DNA from: a virus
Lineage: Duplodnaviria; Caudoviricetes
Virus record (IMG/VR): IMGVR_UViG_3300020061_000007
Span: 1 to 61,727 of that record
Reading direction: 5' to 3' (one strand)
DNA length: 61,727 nucleotides
Made by a program: the position numbers and the translations under genes. The notes beneath the pieces are model-generated. The model made no database searches. It was given only the letters and a program-made list of their open reading frames with translations, and had not been told where the DNA came from. Positions 26,823-37,100 of the stretch are shown here, in pieces (position 1 is the first letter of the stretch; each line of letters opens with the position of its first letter).

Positions 26823-28655
26823 ATGCCTGTCGCACCCGTAAACGAACAGCCGTTTCTACCCGATCAATCGGTATCGGACCTGCATCATAGTTTGGTGCCG
26901 GTGCTCGGCAATCACGCCTATACGATCAATCAGCTGATTCAAGGGAATCAACCGATAAGCGAGAAGGGCGAAATCAATGGATATGCCGGGCTCGATAGCA
27001 ATGCCAAGGTTCCCCTCGCGCAACTGCCGGCGCAGTTCGCCAACGTCAAAAATGTTCTGGATTTTATCGAGCCAGGCGACGCCAATGACAGACCGGCCAT
27101 CGTTCGGGCAATTGCGGCGGCGGTCGCGGAAGGCGGGGGCTTGGTTCATCTACCAGGCCCGAGAGTTTATGAGATCGACGCGGAAATATTGGTCGATACT
27201 TCGCTGGTAAGGATTTACGGCGACGGCTTCGGCATAACCGTTGTAAAGGGCATAGGCAATGCCTCGCCGTTTACCGCTTTTCGTTTCGATGGGCCGGGAT
27301 TTGGCGCAAGCCTCGGGCCTCTCACTACCAATTTTCTGCTTGGAACGAGGGTCGCCGCACTCACTAGCGTGGCGGGTTTAGCGGCGGGTGACCTGTTGCG
27401 CATAAATTCGATTGTCACCGTCCCGCCTGGGCAATCGGCGGTTTGTAACCTTATCTCGGAAATTACTTCGATTGCATCGCTCAATGTCACGCTGGAAGCG
27501 CCGGCGCCGATTGATTTTTTGACGGCGGAAACCCCAACGGTGAACGAGTGGACACCGATCGCGGATGTCGGCCTGAGCGATATGACCATAGACATGGGCG
27601 CTGCCACCGGCACCACCCGGCGCGGGGTGTGGATCGAAGACGTGCGCGACGGGATATTTGAGAATCTGCAAATCTTGAATTGTTCGGAAGCGGGCCTCCA
27701 GACCTGGCGCGGCTATGAAAATACCTACGACAATATAAAAACACGCCAATGCGGCAGCGGTAACGAGTCGGACATTCAGTTCAGAGAAGAAACACTTGCT
27801 TCGTTCGGTGTTATCCATTCAACCAACGCGGCGGGCTTTGGGCCGCAGTTCATAGCATGCACCTACAGTGTCAGTGATGGCGTTATTGATTTCGGCGCAG
27901 CGGGGCGCGGTTTCAAAAGCGCAGGCTGTCTGTCCTGCAGCTTCGACAAGATCACCAGCGGCAACTCCGGCTCCACGGGCATAGCGATTACCTTGCGGAC
28001 TCAGCGGTGCCTATTCACCAATCTAACATCGATCGGCAATGTCGCCGGTTCTGGAAATGACGACGGGCTATGGTTCTCGGGCCAATCCAACATCGGCAAC
28101 CGTGTGCACGGCCTGGTGACCTACAACAACACTGACTTCGATATCGCGTTCTTTGCGACCGACTCCGACAACCTGGTATCTGGCGTGCTGTCTCCAGGGG
28201 GACCGATAAAACTGTTCAACAATGGGGGCAATACCAACGCGGTCCTATCGAACAACAGCAGCAATGGCTTTTACGGGCTGATGACTCAGGACGACGGGGC
28301 CAACGGGGAGCCGATTTCGGGATTGATGAAACATTCCGTTAGTCCGGCAGTCTCTGACTTCCTTGGTCGTTACCAGTGGCGCGGGCGCAGTTTGGCGGGA
28401 GCCGAGCGAATCTATGCGGAGCTAGCCGGCGCGATCGCCGACCCAACAGACGCGGCCGAATTAGGATCTCTTGCCATAAACATCAGGGAATTGGGTGTGC
28501 TGGTAAACCATGCCGTGTTTCAGACTCCGGGGACTGGTCAAGTCGGGATGCTGATTCGCTGCAACGACTCCGGGGTAATTACTCTAAAGCAGGTTAAAGA
28601 GGGACCGGCAGACGGCACAGTGGCAGGTCATAAGATTTTGATGGTGGAAAATTAA
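26823..28655 (+). CDS. Tailspike with pectate-lyase-like beta-helix
   Basis: NGYAGLD..KVP, NVLDF...DRPAIVRAI...GGLVHLPG motifs; no signal peptide. Confidence 0.82.
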   Translation: MPVAPVNEQPFLPDQSVSDLHHSLVPVLGNHAYTINQLIQGNQPISEKGEINGYAGLDSNAKVPLAQLPAQFANVKNVLDFIEPGDANDRPAIVRAIAAAVAEGGGLVHLPGPRVYEIDAEILVDTSLVRIYGDGFGITVVKGIGNASPFTAFRFDGPGFGASLGPLTTNFLLGTRVAALTSVAGLAAGDLLRINSIVTVPPGQSAVCNLISEITSIASLNVTLEAPAPIDFLTAETPTVNEWTPIADVGLSDMTIDMGAATGTTRRGVWIEDVRDGIFENLQILNCSEAGLQTWRGYENTYDNIKTRQCGSGNESDIQFREETLASFGVIHSTNAAGFGPQFIACTYSVSDGVIDFGAAGRGFKSAGCLSCSFDKITSGNSGSTGIAITLRTQRCLFTNLTSIGNVAGSGNDDGLWFSGQSNIGNRVHGLVTYNNTDFDIAFFATDSDNLVSGVLSPGGPIKLFNNGGNTNAVLSNNSSNGFYGLMTQDDGANGEPISGLMKHSVSPAVSDFLGRYQWRGRSLAGAERIYAELAGAIADPTDAAELGSLAINIRELGVLVNHAVFQTPGTGQVGMLIRCNDSGVITLKQVKEGPADGTVAGHKILMVEN

Positions 28656-29108
28656 ATGGAAGCCGCAGAGCCCTATCTAGATGAACAGCAGGCGCGAACG
28701 CTGTTGGATGCCTACCGGATCATCCGCAAGGCGTTCCCGGACGAGTCGGCGGAAAGCCTGCTCGAACTGCTCGAGCTCTGCCGGCGCAACGACGGGCTTT
28801 TGGTGGCGCCGGCGAGCGAGGTCGTCTTAGGAGTTATCAGGTACAACCCCGGATCTAAGATTGGCGACCGCAGGATGATCGATGTTGTGAAGGACTACGA
28901 CGTGGAAATTTTGAAGATGCTCGATCTTCGTGAGGGGATCGTCGTGCACATTATTGGCTTCGCTTCCCCGTTGGGTGGCGGTTTTCGCGCTATGCGGCCG
29001 ATCCTGCACGCTTTGAATCCACGCGCTGTATCAACCCACAGAATCAAGAATGGCGAGCGCTACTTCGCGCTGAGAAAAAATGTCCGCTTTCGGGAGAATC
29101 CTCTATGA
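28656..29108 (+). CDS. Hypothetical protein, possibly GNAT-fold (P22 gp14 position)
   Basis: Synteny before the ejection genes; function is inference only. Confidence 0.55.
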   Translation: MEAAEPYLDEQQARTLLDAYRIIRKAFPDESAESLLELLELCRRNDGLLVAPASEVVLGVIRYNPGSKIGDRRMIDVVKDYDVEILKMLDLREGIVVHIIGFASPLGGGFRAMRPILHALNPRAVSTHRIKNGERYFALRKNVRFRENPL

Positions 29109-29851
29109 AATCAGTTGATCTTTTTGGCAACCCAATCCTCGGTCGCTCGCACCGCCAAAACGTTTCACGTGATGTGCTCGACGGCATCCAAGGCCCACGG
29201 GTGCGCTGGGTCAGCCTTGGTGGTGGCGGCAGTAGCAGCAAGCAGAAGAGCAAGAGCGAGTCTGAATCCGGTGTGAGATACAACGCGGATTTCATGAAGG
29301 AGCTGCAGGACAATGCCCCAAACTTGAAATATTCCGACACGCAAGACGGCGCAAGCGTGAGTGATTGGGAGGGAAAGCAGTCGTTTATGGTTGGCGTGCC
29401 CAAGTTTCAGGGGCTCGAAGACATGGACTTCGCCAAGTTGGAAAAGGGACTGTATAACCGCCAGTTGCAAAACATCGAGCCGGAGTATCAGAAAGCGCGT
29501 TTGCAGACCCGCGAAGAACTGTCGCAGTCGGGCTTGCTCAATTCGCCGGTACAGTACGGCCAGGGCGGCGTGATGGATAACCTGCACCGGAACTATTTTG
29601 ATCAGACACAGAAATCCGCTGCCGACGCTTCGAACAAGACTATCGATTTGAAGCGCCAGGAACTCGCGCGCAAGACCGGTTTCGATATGGATATGGTTAA
29701 GTTGTTTCAAGCCATCCTTGGTCAGTATGCAGATATTGCTTTGCAGGCGGGCCGATACGGGGAGCAATCGAGTTCGGGCAGCGGTAGCAGTAGCGGCGCC
29801 AACGCCAATGCGTCGATATTCACGACCGGCGGCAGCAGTACGTCAAGTTAG
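29105..29851 (+). CDS. Ejection/pilot protein (P22 gp7-like)
   Basis: Leader followed by GGGGSSSK; Gly/Ser-rich ends; synteny. Confidence 0.65.
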   Translation: MKSVDLFGNPILGRSHRQNVSRDVLDGIQGPRVRWVSLGGGGSSSKQKSKSESESGVRYNADFMKELQDNAPNLKYSDTQDGASVSDWEGKQSFMVGVPKFQGLEDMDFAKLEKGLYNRQLQNIEPEYQKARLQTREELSQSGLLNSPVQYGQGGVMDNLHRNYFDQTQKSAADASNKTIDLKRQELARKTGFDMDMVKLFQAILGQYADIALQAGRYGEQSSSGSGSSSGANANASIFTTGGSSTSS

Positions 29852-29865
29852 CAGGTGAAAATTTT

Positions 29866-31164
29866 ATGCCTCCTTTCCAAATGAACGATTTTACGCAGCT
29901 CGGTAGCCGGTTAACCGGCGACAGCGCAGAGAAGTATGTCGCGTCTGACGATTTCAAGAACCAAATCATCGAGGGGTTTAGTCAGATGAGCAGCGGCAAC
30001 AACCCCACTGCTCTGATTCAGGCTCAAGGCGAGCTGATGAAACGCGGATGGGGTCCGGAAACTTCAGAGAAATTCTTAAAGAACGCTCTCGGCCATCTCG
30101 AAAAGGCGGCACAACAGAAAAACTTTAACGCAGTACAACAGGAAAATGCGCCAGTTCCCGCCTTCATGCAATCCGTCACCCCCGATCCGCGGGAGCGGGA
30201 TTCGATGGAGCAGGGCGGGTTTGATCCAGCGTTAAACCCGTCCCTGAGCAAGATGATGCCGGCGACTCCGGAAAAGCCGCTCAGTCAGAATCAGGCGATG
30301 CGGATCGCGGGGCCGGGGAAGCATTGGGATAATCTCTCGCAGGTCGGGAGCTTCATGCAGGTGCCACAGCACCAGGAATTATTGCAGGCGCAAGCCGCCG
30401 ACCAAATAGCGCAGACCAGCGAGCGAAAAACCTTGGAGGGTATCAACGCAATCAGGAAACGCGAGCTCGAAGGCATGAACGGGCAAGCACCGGCCGGCGA
30501 GCCGAGCGATCGAGGCTTGGCGCTGTTTCCGTCGCTGGCAAATCGCTTGCCGCAACGGGACAAGGCGGAAGATCCGTTACTTGAGCAGCGGCGCCAACTT
30601 TTGGAAGCGCAAGCGCGGGGCGAAGGTGCAAGGGCAGGTTATTACGATCAGCGCGACCGGTCATCGGGTGGTGGCCGCGATTCGAACGTAACCACGGAGC
30701 AGGAGAAGGCCGACCCGGCCGTCATGACGGGAACTTTTGCGCTAGAGCCAAAGACGGGGGCACTTGGGGCGCTTTGGGGACTGGTCGGGCTTGGTCCAGA
30801 AGCTCCTAAACCACAGGGCAAATTAATCGCTGAGCGTACCATAGCCAGGGCTGCAGAGGATCGCGGCGTTGCAGACTTACCGCTGGAGCAACAAGGGGCG
30901 GCGCTTGCGGATATTGCTGATGAGTTTGGCTTCAAGCTATCCGGCAAGCCGACATTGAGGCCGTCCAGCTCTGCAAGAACGACTAAGACCACGACACGCG
31001 GAAATCAGGGGGGGGTGCCATCTGCGCGTAACACGAAACCGGCAGCGGGCGGGAAACCGCTGGTGCAAAACTCCATGATCAGGGTCAAGGAAAAGGCGTC
31101 CGGCCGCACCGGCTCACTACCGGCCAACGAATTCGATCCGAACGTGTACGAGAAGATTCAATAA
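29866..31164 (+). CDS. Putative internal virion/ejection protein
   Basis: Gln/Ala-rich helical protein; synteny. Confidence 0.65.
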   Translation: MPPFQMNDFTQLGSRLTGDSAEKYVASDDFKNQIIEGFSQMSSGNNPTALIQAQGELMKRGWGPETSEKFLKNALGHLEKAAQQKNFNAVQQENAPVPAFMQSVTPDPRERDSMEQGGFDPALNPSLSKMMPATPEKPLSQNQAMRIAGPGKHWDNLSQVGSFMQVPQHQELLQAQAADQIAQTSERKTLEGINAIRKRELEGMNGQAPAGEPSDRGLALFPSLANRLPQRDKAEDPLLEQRRQLLEAQARGEGARAGYYDQRDRSSGGGRDSNVTTEQEKADPAVMTGTFALEPKTGALGALWGLVGLGPEAPKPQGKLIAERTIARAAEDRGVADLPLEQQGAALADIADEFGFKLSGKPTLRPSSSARTTKTTTRGNQGGVPSARNTKPAAGGKPLVQNSMIRVKEKASGRTGSLPANEFDPNVYEKIQ

Positions 31165-34100
31165 ATGCCGTTCGTTGCAGACACACAGGAAGAATTGCCG
31201 CGCAGGTCGTCGGGGTTTGTTCCCGATCCGCCGGCGCCGAAGAACTGGTTCGACCAGTTGAAGAGCACAGCATCGGACGTCGGTCAAAGCGTGTCGGACA
31301 CAGCGCAGACACTTCGCCCGGTCGCCGAAGCGGTGAAGAACTTTCTATCAGCCGAACCGGCGCGCGAATTCTCGCCATCGGGGGAGGATGTTGCCAGGGT
31401 TATGGGCGGGGTCGCCAAAGACCCGACCGTGCGCGCCGTCGCGCAATCGTTTCCGGATGCGGCTCGTCTCGTGCCCGAAGTTGCCCATAGGATTTTTAAG
31501 CCAGCGATGCCCTTCATGGGCGGCCAGCCACTTCCCGACGTTGTTAGGGTTCCTTTGGAGGTTGCGGCTACCGAACTCAGAAAGATCGATCCTCGCGCAG
31601 CCAACCTATTGGAAGCGGGGCTAATGACCGCAGGTGCCATGCACGGGCAAGTGGGCGCAGCGGTCAAGCAAGCTGCGAATATCCCCAGATATGGACGGTT
31701 CGCCGGTGAGCCGGAAGCCGCCCGGTTTGCCAATGCGCGCGATGTGACACCGGAAGCGCCAAGAGCATTGCCAGCGCCCGGGGAGCCGATAGCCGCTGGA
31801 CCACCGAGGCCAGCCAGGGCGCAACCGATAGCGGAAATCATCAAGCCGAAGGCAGCGGAGCCGGTTAAGAGCGGATTTGTGCCGGATGAGGCGGTGAAGC
31901 CGGGGTTCACGCTGGAACCGGTCGCCAATGCGCCCACGGCAAAAGTTAATACATTCTATGATGATGCAGTAAAAGCTTACACATCTACGACGTTTGATGA
32001 GCGATTCGGAAACATGCACGGAACGGGAGCAACACCGAAAAGTGCCGAGGCATCGTTAAATAAGAATCTAACCGCTGCCAAGGAACAAGGAACATGGCGA
32101 AGCGTGGAACATCCGACGCCAGCGCCCAAAGCAAAGCCTGAAAGGCCAGCGCCCTACGGCATACAGCCAAGGGGATTCGTTCCGGATGAGGCACCGAAAG
32201 GCTTTACGCGCTTTTATCGCGCCGATGTTGAAGGCGCGACCAAACCGGGCGGCACGCATTGGGTTAAGGCTTCGGACGCTGAGCGTAGCGGGTACTTCAG
32301 AGAAGGCGGTGAGTACGGTAAAGCAAATTTATATGTGGATGTGCCTAATTCATATCCTGAAATCGCCAATACTTTAGACCTTAACAATTATATTCCTACG
32401 CGGATCACTATTCCAAAGGATTCAGAACTGGCTCGTCAGGTAAAACCGATAGCGCCACCGCCAGAAACGCCAGCGGTCACGAAACCGCTTGAAGCGCGCA
32501 TAGCCAAGCTCGAAGCCGAAGTGGAGAGGGGGAATGCCGAATTGCGGGGGAAGCCAGCGGCAGCGCCGGAAACTCCACGCGCCGAAGTACCCGTCCCCGA
32601 GCGTTTCCAGCAAACCGCGCCAGCCGAACCGCTCAAAACCAAGCCGCTCCGCACCATTCAAGGCGAGATCGGCGATGCGGTCGAGCGCAATGTCGAGCAG
32701 GTCACGCAGAGCGAAGGCAATCTCGAATACAAGGGCAAAGAGTACGAGGGCGCGGTACGCGAAGGAAAGAAGCTAAGGCTCAAGGATAGCCCGGATAAGG
32801 TCATCGGCAATCCGGCAGAGATGCTGAAGGTCGAGGAGAAGGTGCCGTTTGATATTGCACCGGAAATCGCGCCTGACGCTCCGCAAACAGTGACTTCCGG
32901 CCCAATTGGATCAAAGCCGCCAGAATTAATGACACCGGGAGAAGCAGCCCAAGGACTCCATTTATCAGGCTCTCCTGTGTCGGCTCGTGACGCTCATCGT
33001 TTCACCATTTCCAAGGCCCTTGATGACGGTAAGCCGGTGAACGCTGATGCCATGGTCGTTTACGAAGATCTTCGCGCTAAGGCTGAGGAATTGGGATATA
33101 AGCGCAGCGGCGACCGCTATGTTCTAGGTGAAAAAGCTTCTCCATCCTTCGAGCAAACCCCCGCAGGCCAGCAAGCCGTCATTCCCGGCGCCGAAGCGCG
33201 CAGCGTGCCCGACGCGCCGTTACGTGCCAAGCGTGCGCAGACCGAAAAGCCGTTGGAGTTGGAGCAGCCGGGGATTGCGGCTAAGGAGCCGGGGCTGTTT
33301 GAGCCCAAGCCCATCCCCTCAAAAAACCTCGCCCCCGAAGAGATCGCCGCAGCCGATGAAATGCGCGGGGAGCTGGGGACTCCCAAACTCAGCACTCAGG
33401 ACTCAGCACTCAGCACTGAGAAGCCCCTCGACCCCGTAGCCGAGCGCATTGCGCAACTGGAAAAAGAAAACGCCGAGCTGAGGGAGCGCAAGGCACAAAA
33501 GGAAGTTAGCCAGAAATCCGCGGTGGCAAGCAAGGCACCGGCACTGCGCCGACTTGCTGACGGCATGGATGCGCAGATTGAAGCGAAGATGAATCCGGCG
33601 AGCGCGAACCAGAATCCGACGCATCGACGCGCCGGTATCATTGACTCCATGATGCGTGACGGCGACCGGCTAAAAGCGATTCAAACCCAACTACGCGCCA
33701 TTGCCGACGCATCCGAGGCCGGAACATTGCCGGATAGTTTGCGCGAGGTGTCGAGCCGGGCGGACCTGGAAACAATGAGCGGCAAGTTTTACCGGCCGTC
33801 GGTCCATAACAGCAATCTCAATTCAATTCTTGAAGTGACCAAAAGTAAGCGCGGACTCACCGAGGACAGAGCGCAGGTTGCGCGCGCCAACGGCCGGCTG
33901 ACAAGCCCTGGATCCAGCGCCACGATACTCTACCCGAACGATTTAGACGCTATCTCACGGGTCGCCAAAGCAGCGCAGGACGCCAAACCCTACGACGCCA
34001 AGGGAGTTTTAGAGGACGTAGCCAAGGCGCGCCGAATGGCGAAGCTCGGCATCGAGACCGAGGAAAAATTCAACAAGGCCAAAGCCGATCTTGAGCAACT

Positions 34101-37100
34101 CACCGGACCAAAAACCCAAGCCGATCCAACAGCGCGCCGAATCAGAGAACTCGAATCGCAATTGATCGGCACCCGGGAAGCGGGACGATTCTTTACGCCT
34201 AAAGCCGTTGCCGAGCAAGTCGTCGACGCCGCGGATATTCGACCCGGCATGAAAGTGCTGGAACCGTCCGCCGGTAAGGGCGATCTCGCCGACGCGATCA
34301 AGGCGGCGGAACCCGAGGCCGATCTTTCCACCATCGAAATCAGATCGAACCTGCGCGAGATTTTGGAACTCAAGGGCCACAAGAGCGCCGGGAACGATTT
34401 TCTCGAACTCAAAGACGGCGATTATGACCGTATCGTGATGAATCCGCCTTTCGAGAACGGCGCCGAGATGGATCACGTCCGGCACGCCTACGAGCTACTG
34501 AAGCCCGGCGGCAAGCTGGTCTCGATCATGTCGGAGGGGCCGTTTGGCAGGACGGACAAAAAGGCCACGGAATTCAGGGAATTTTTATCGGAAGTCGGCG
34601 GTGAATCGGAGAAATTGCCGGACAAGAGCTTCACCGGCGCGGGCACGATCACCCAGACCGGTGTCAGCACGCGGCTGGTGACGATCGAGAAGCCCAAAGA
34701 CGCACCCGGCGCCCCCAACGAAGTCGCGGCACTGCTGAGTAAAGAGTCTGCAAAGCCGCAAACACCAACCGAAATCGAAACCTTGCTTCGGTCTGTTTAT
34801 CACGGCTCGCCGCATACCTTCGATAAGTTCGATATCAGCAAGGTCGGCACGGGCGAAGGGGCGCAGACTTACGGGCACGGACTGTATTTTGCCGAAAATC
34901 CAAAGGTGGCCGAGACCTATGCCAAAAAAGACCCTTGGAAAATGGCCGGTCCTGGGCCTCATTTGTTGAAGGGCGAAACCTATTCCGCCAAAATTTCCGA
35001 CGCCACGGTTTCTAAGATGCTCGATTGGGATAAGCCGCTGAGCGAGCAACCGAAAGTCTTGGAGATCGTTAAATCGGTAGCTGGGCCGGGTGGACAACCG
35101 GAGAAGTGGACAGGCGAGGAAGCCTATCACGCGCTGGAAAACATGGTGCACAAGCCCGGCGATGGTGCAGGTGACCGTCAAAGGGTATCGGAACTTCTTG
35201 CTCAACATGGCATCCCCGGAATCAGATACCTTGACCAAGGCTCGCGCAGCGCCGACATGGGCTATCGCATTATTTTTCCTGATGGCAAACCTTCTAATAC
35301 GCGATGGAAAACCAAGGCGGAAGCCGAGACAGCGCTTGGCAACGCAGGGAAACAGGGACGCGATACCAAAGACGCAAAGATCGAATTCATCGACGATGAC
35401 ACGCGCAGCACGCGCAACTATGTCGTCTTCGATCCTGACATCCTCACCGAAGTTAAGCGCAACGGTGGCGAAGTCGCGGCACTGCTGAGCGCGGAGAAGC
35501 CGAAGGCGCAACCGGCGCAACCGTTGACGGACATTCTTGAAAAGCCGACAGACACGACCACAACCGAATATTCCCGACAACTCAGAAAACAAGCGGACGC
35601 ACTTTCTAAAGAATCCATGAAAATGATGGATCGCGTCCCGCCAGGGCAACCCGTATCGTCTACGGCCGACAGGAATCTGCGAGAACGCGCAGCGGATAAG
35701 ATGCGCAAGGCTGGCAATCTAATTAAGCAGGCAGAGAAGCTGGAACAGGATATTTCGGAACCGACCAAGGGCCGGAACCCCATCGACATCCTAAAATCCG
35801 AAAGGGGCTCAATCCGCTTCGGTCCCGTCCGCATGCGCGACGGTAAACCAGTCGAGGCTCCAACCGTGGACGAGGTAAAAGCGGCCGTCGACGAGCTCAC
35901 CAAGCCGGTTTCCTCGAAACGACTCATTGCCGGCGGCCTGTTCGAAGAATCCACCAAGACGCTTTCCAAGACCATGGGCGCGGAAGGTACGGAGTTAGGG
36001 AAATTATCCAAGGCCGTGCGCAACGACTCGGAACTCGAAGCCAGCGCCGCCTATCAGCCGATCAAGGCGCAGTTAAAAAAGATGGACGCCAAGCAGCGCG
36101 CCAACCTGGTCGAGGTGCTCGAAGGCAAATCGGCTCCATTGGATGAAAAGGTCAAAACGCTCGCCACCACAACCCGTATAGCATTGAACAAAGTCGCCGA
36201 CCGCGCGGCACAAGTCGGTCTCGAGATCAAAAACCCGGTGACCGGCGAGAAATATCCGTTTCAGCCGCGCGAGAACTTCTTCCCGCATATGTTCGGCAAG
36301 GAGATGGGCCAGATTGCCCGTGATCCCAAGGGCCGGGCCATGCTCAAAGAGAAGATCAAGGCCAGTCTGGAGCGCGCCGGCAAGGAAGTCGATGATGTGG
36401 CGGTCGAAAAAGCGCTTCAAGGTGCGATCAAGACCTCGCGCACTCGCTACGGTCATTTGGAAATGGCGCGCATCGCCGACCTTGGCGATTATTCCAAGGA
36501 CGCCGGCGCGGTTCTATCGAGATATTTCGCCGACGCTTACCGCCGGGTGAACATTGCCGAGAAGTTCGGGCCGGATCTGGCGAAGGGTGAAAAACTTCTT
36601 AGTGAAATCGGTCTCAACAAGGGCGACAAGGCGGAAAGCTTCGCGCGCAGCTATTTTCAAAAAGTCACTTCCACCGAGCCGGAAGGAAACCTAGCCGTCA
36701 AGGACGCCGTGCGGTTCGCGACTAACTTTCAGGCGGCGACCAAGTTGGGCCAGGCGGTCATTTCGAATCTGTCGCAGCCTGCTTACACGGCGATCGTGGC
36801 GGGAGCGAAGAATGCGGCCAAGGGTTACGGCGCGGCCATGACCAAAGAGGGCCGGACCTTCGCCGACAAGATTATTCTAAGCGACACGATGACGGACTTT
36901 TTGAAAGACACCGGCGAGCATATCGACCGCAGCAAAATGGGCAAGGCGGCGGATACGGTGCTCCGGCGAACCGGTTTTACTGCGGTGGAGCGCATGAATC
37001 GAACGGTCTCGGCCAATGCGGGTAAGTTCTTTGCCGAGGATACTTTCGAGAAGCTTTTAAAGAAGCCCGACAGCGCGCGCCTACGCTATCACCTGGAAAA

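Noticed and set aside
34585-35649. Long minus-strand ORFs (e.g. 34585..35649, 14554..15402, 21917..22744, 42465..43253)
   Set aside because: Antisense shadows of well-supported GC-rich plus-strand genes, with no motifs.
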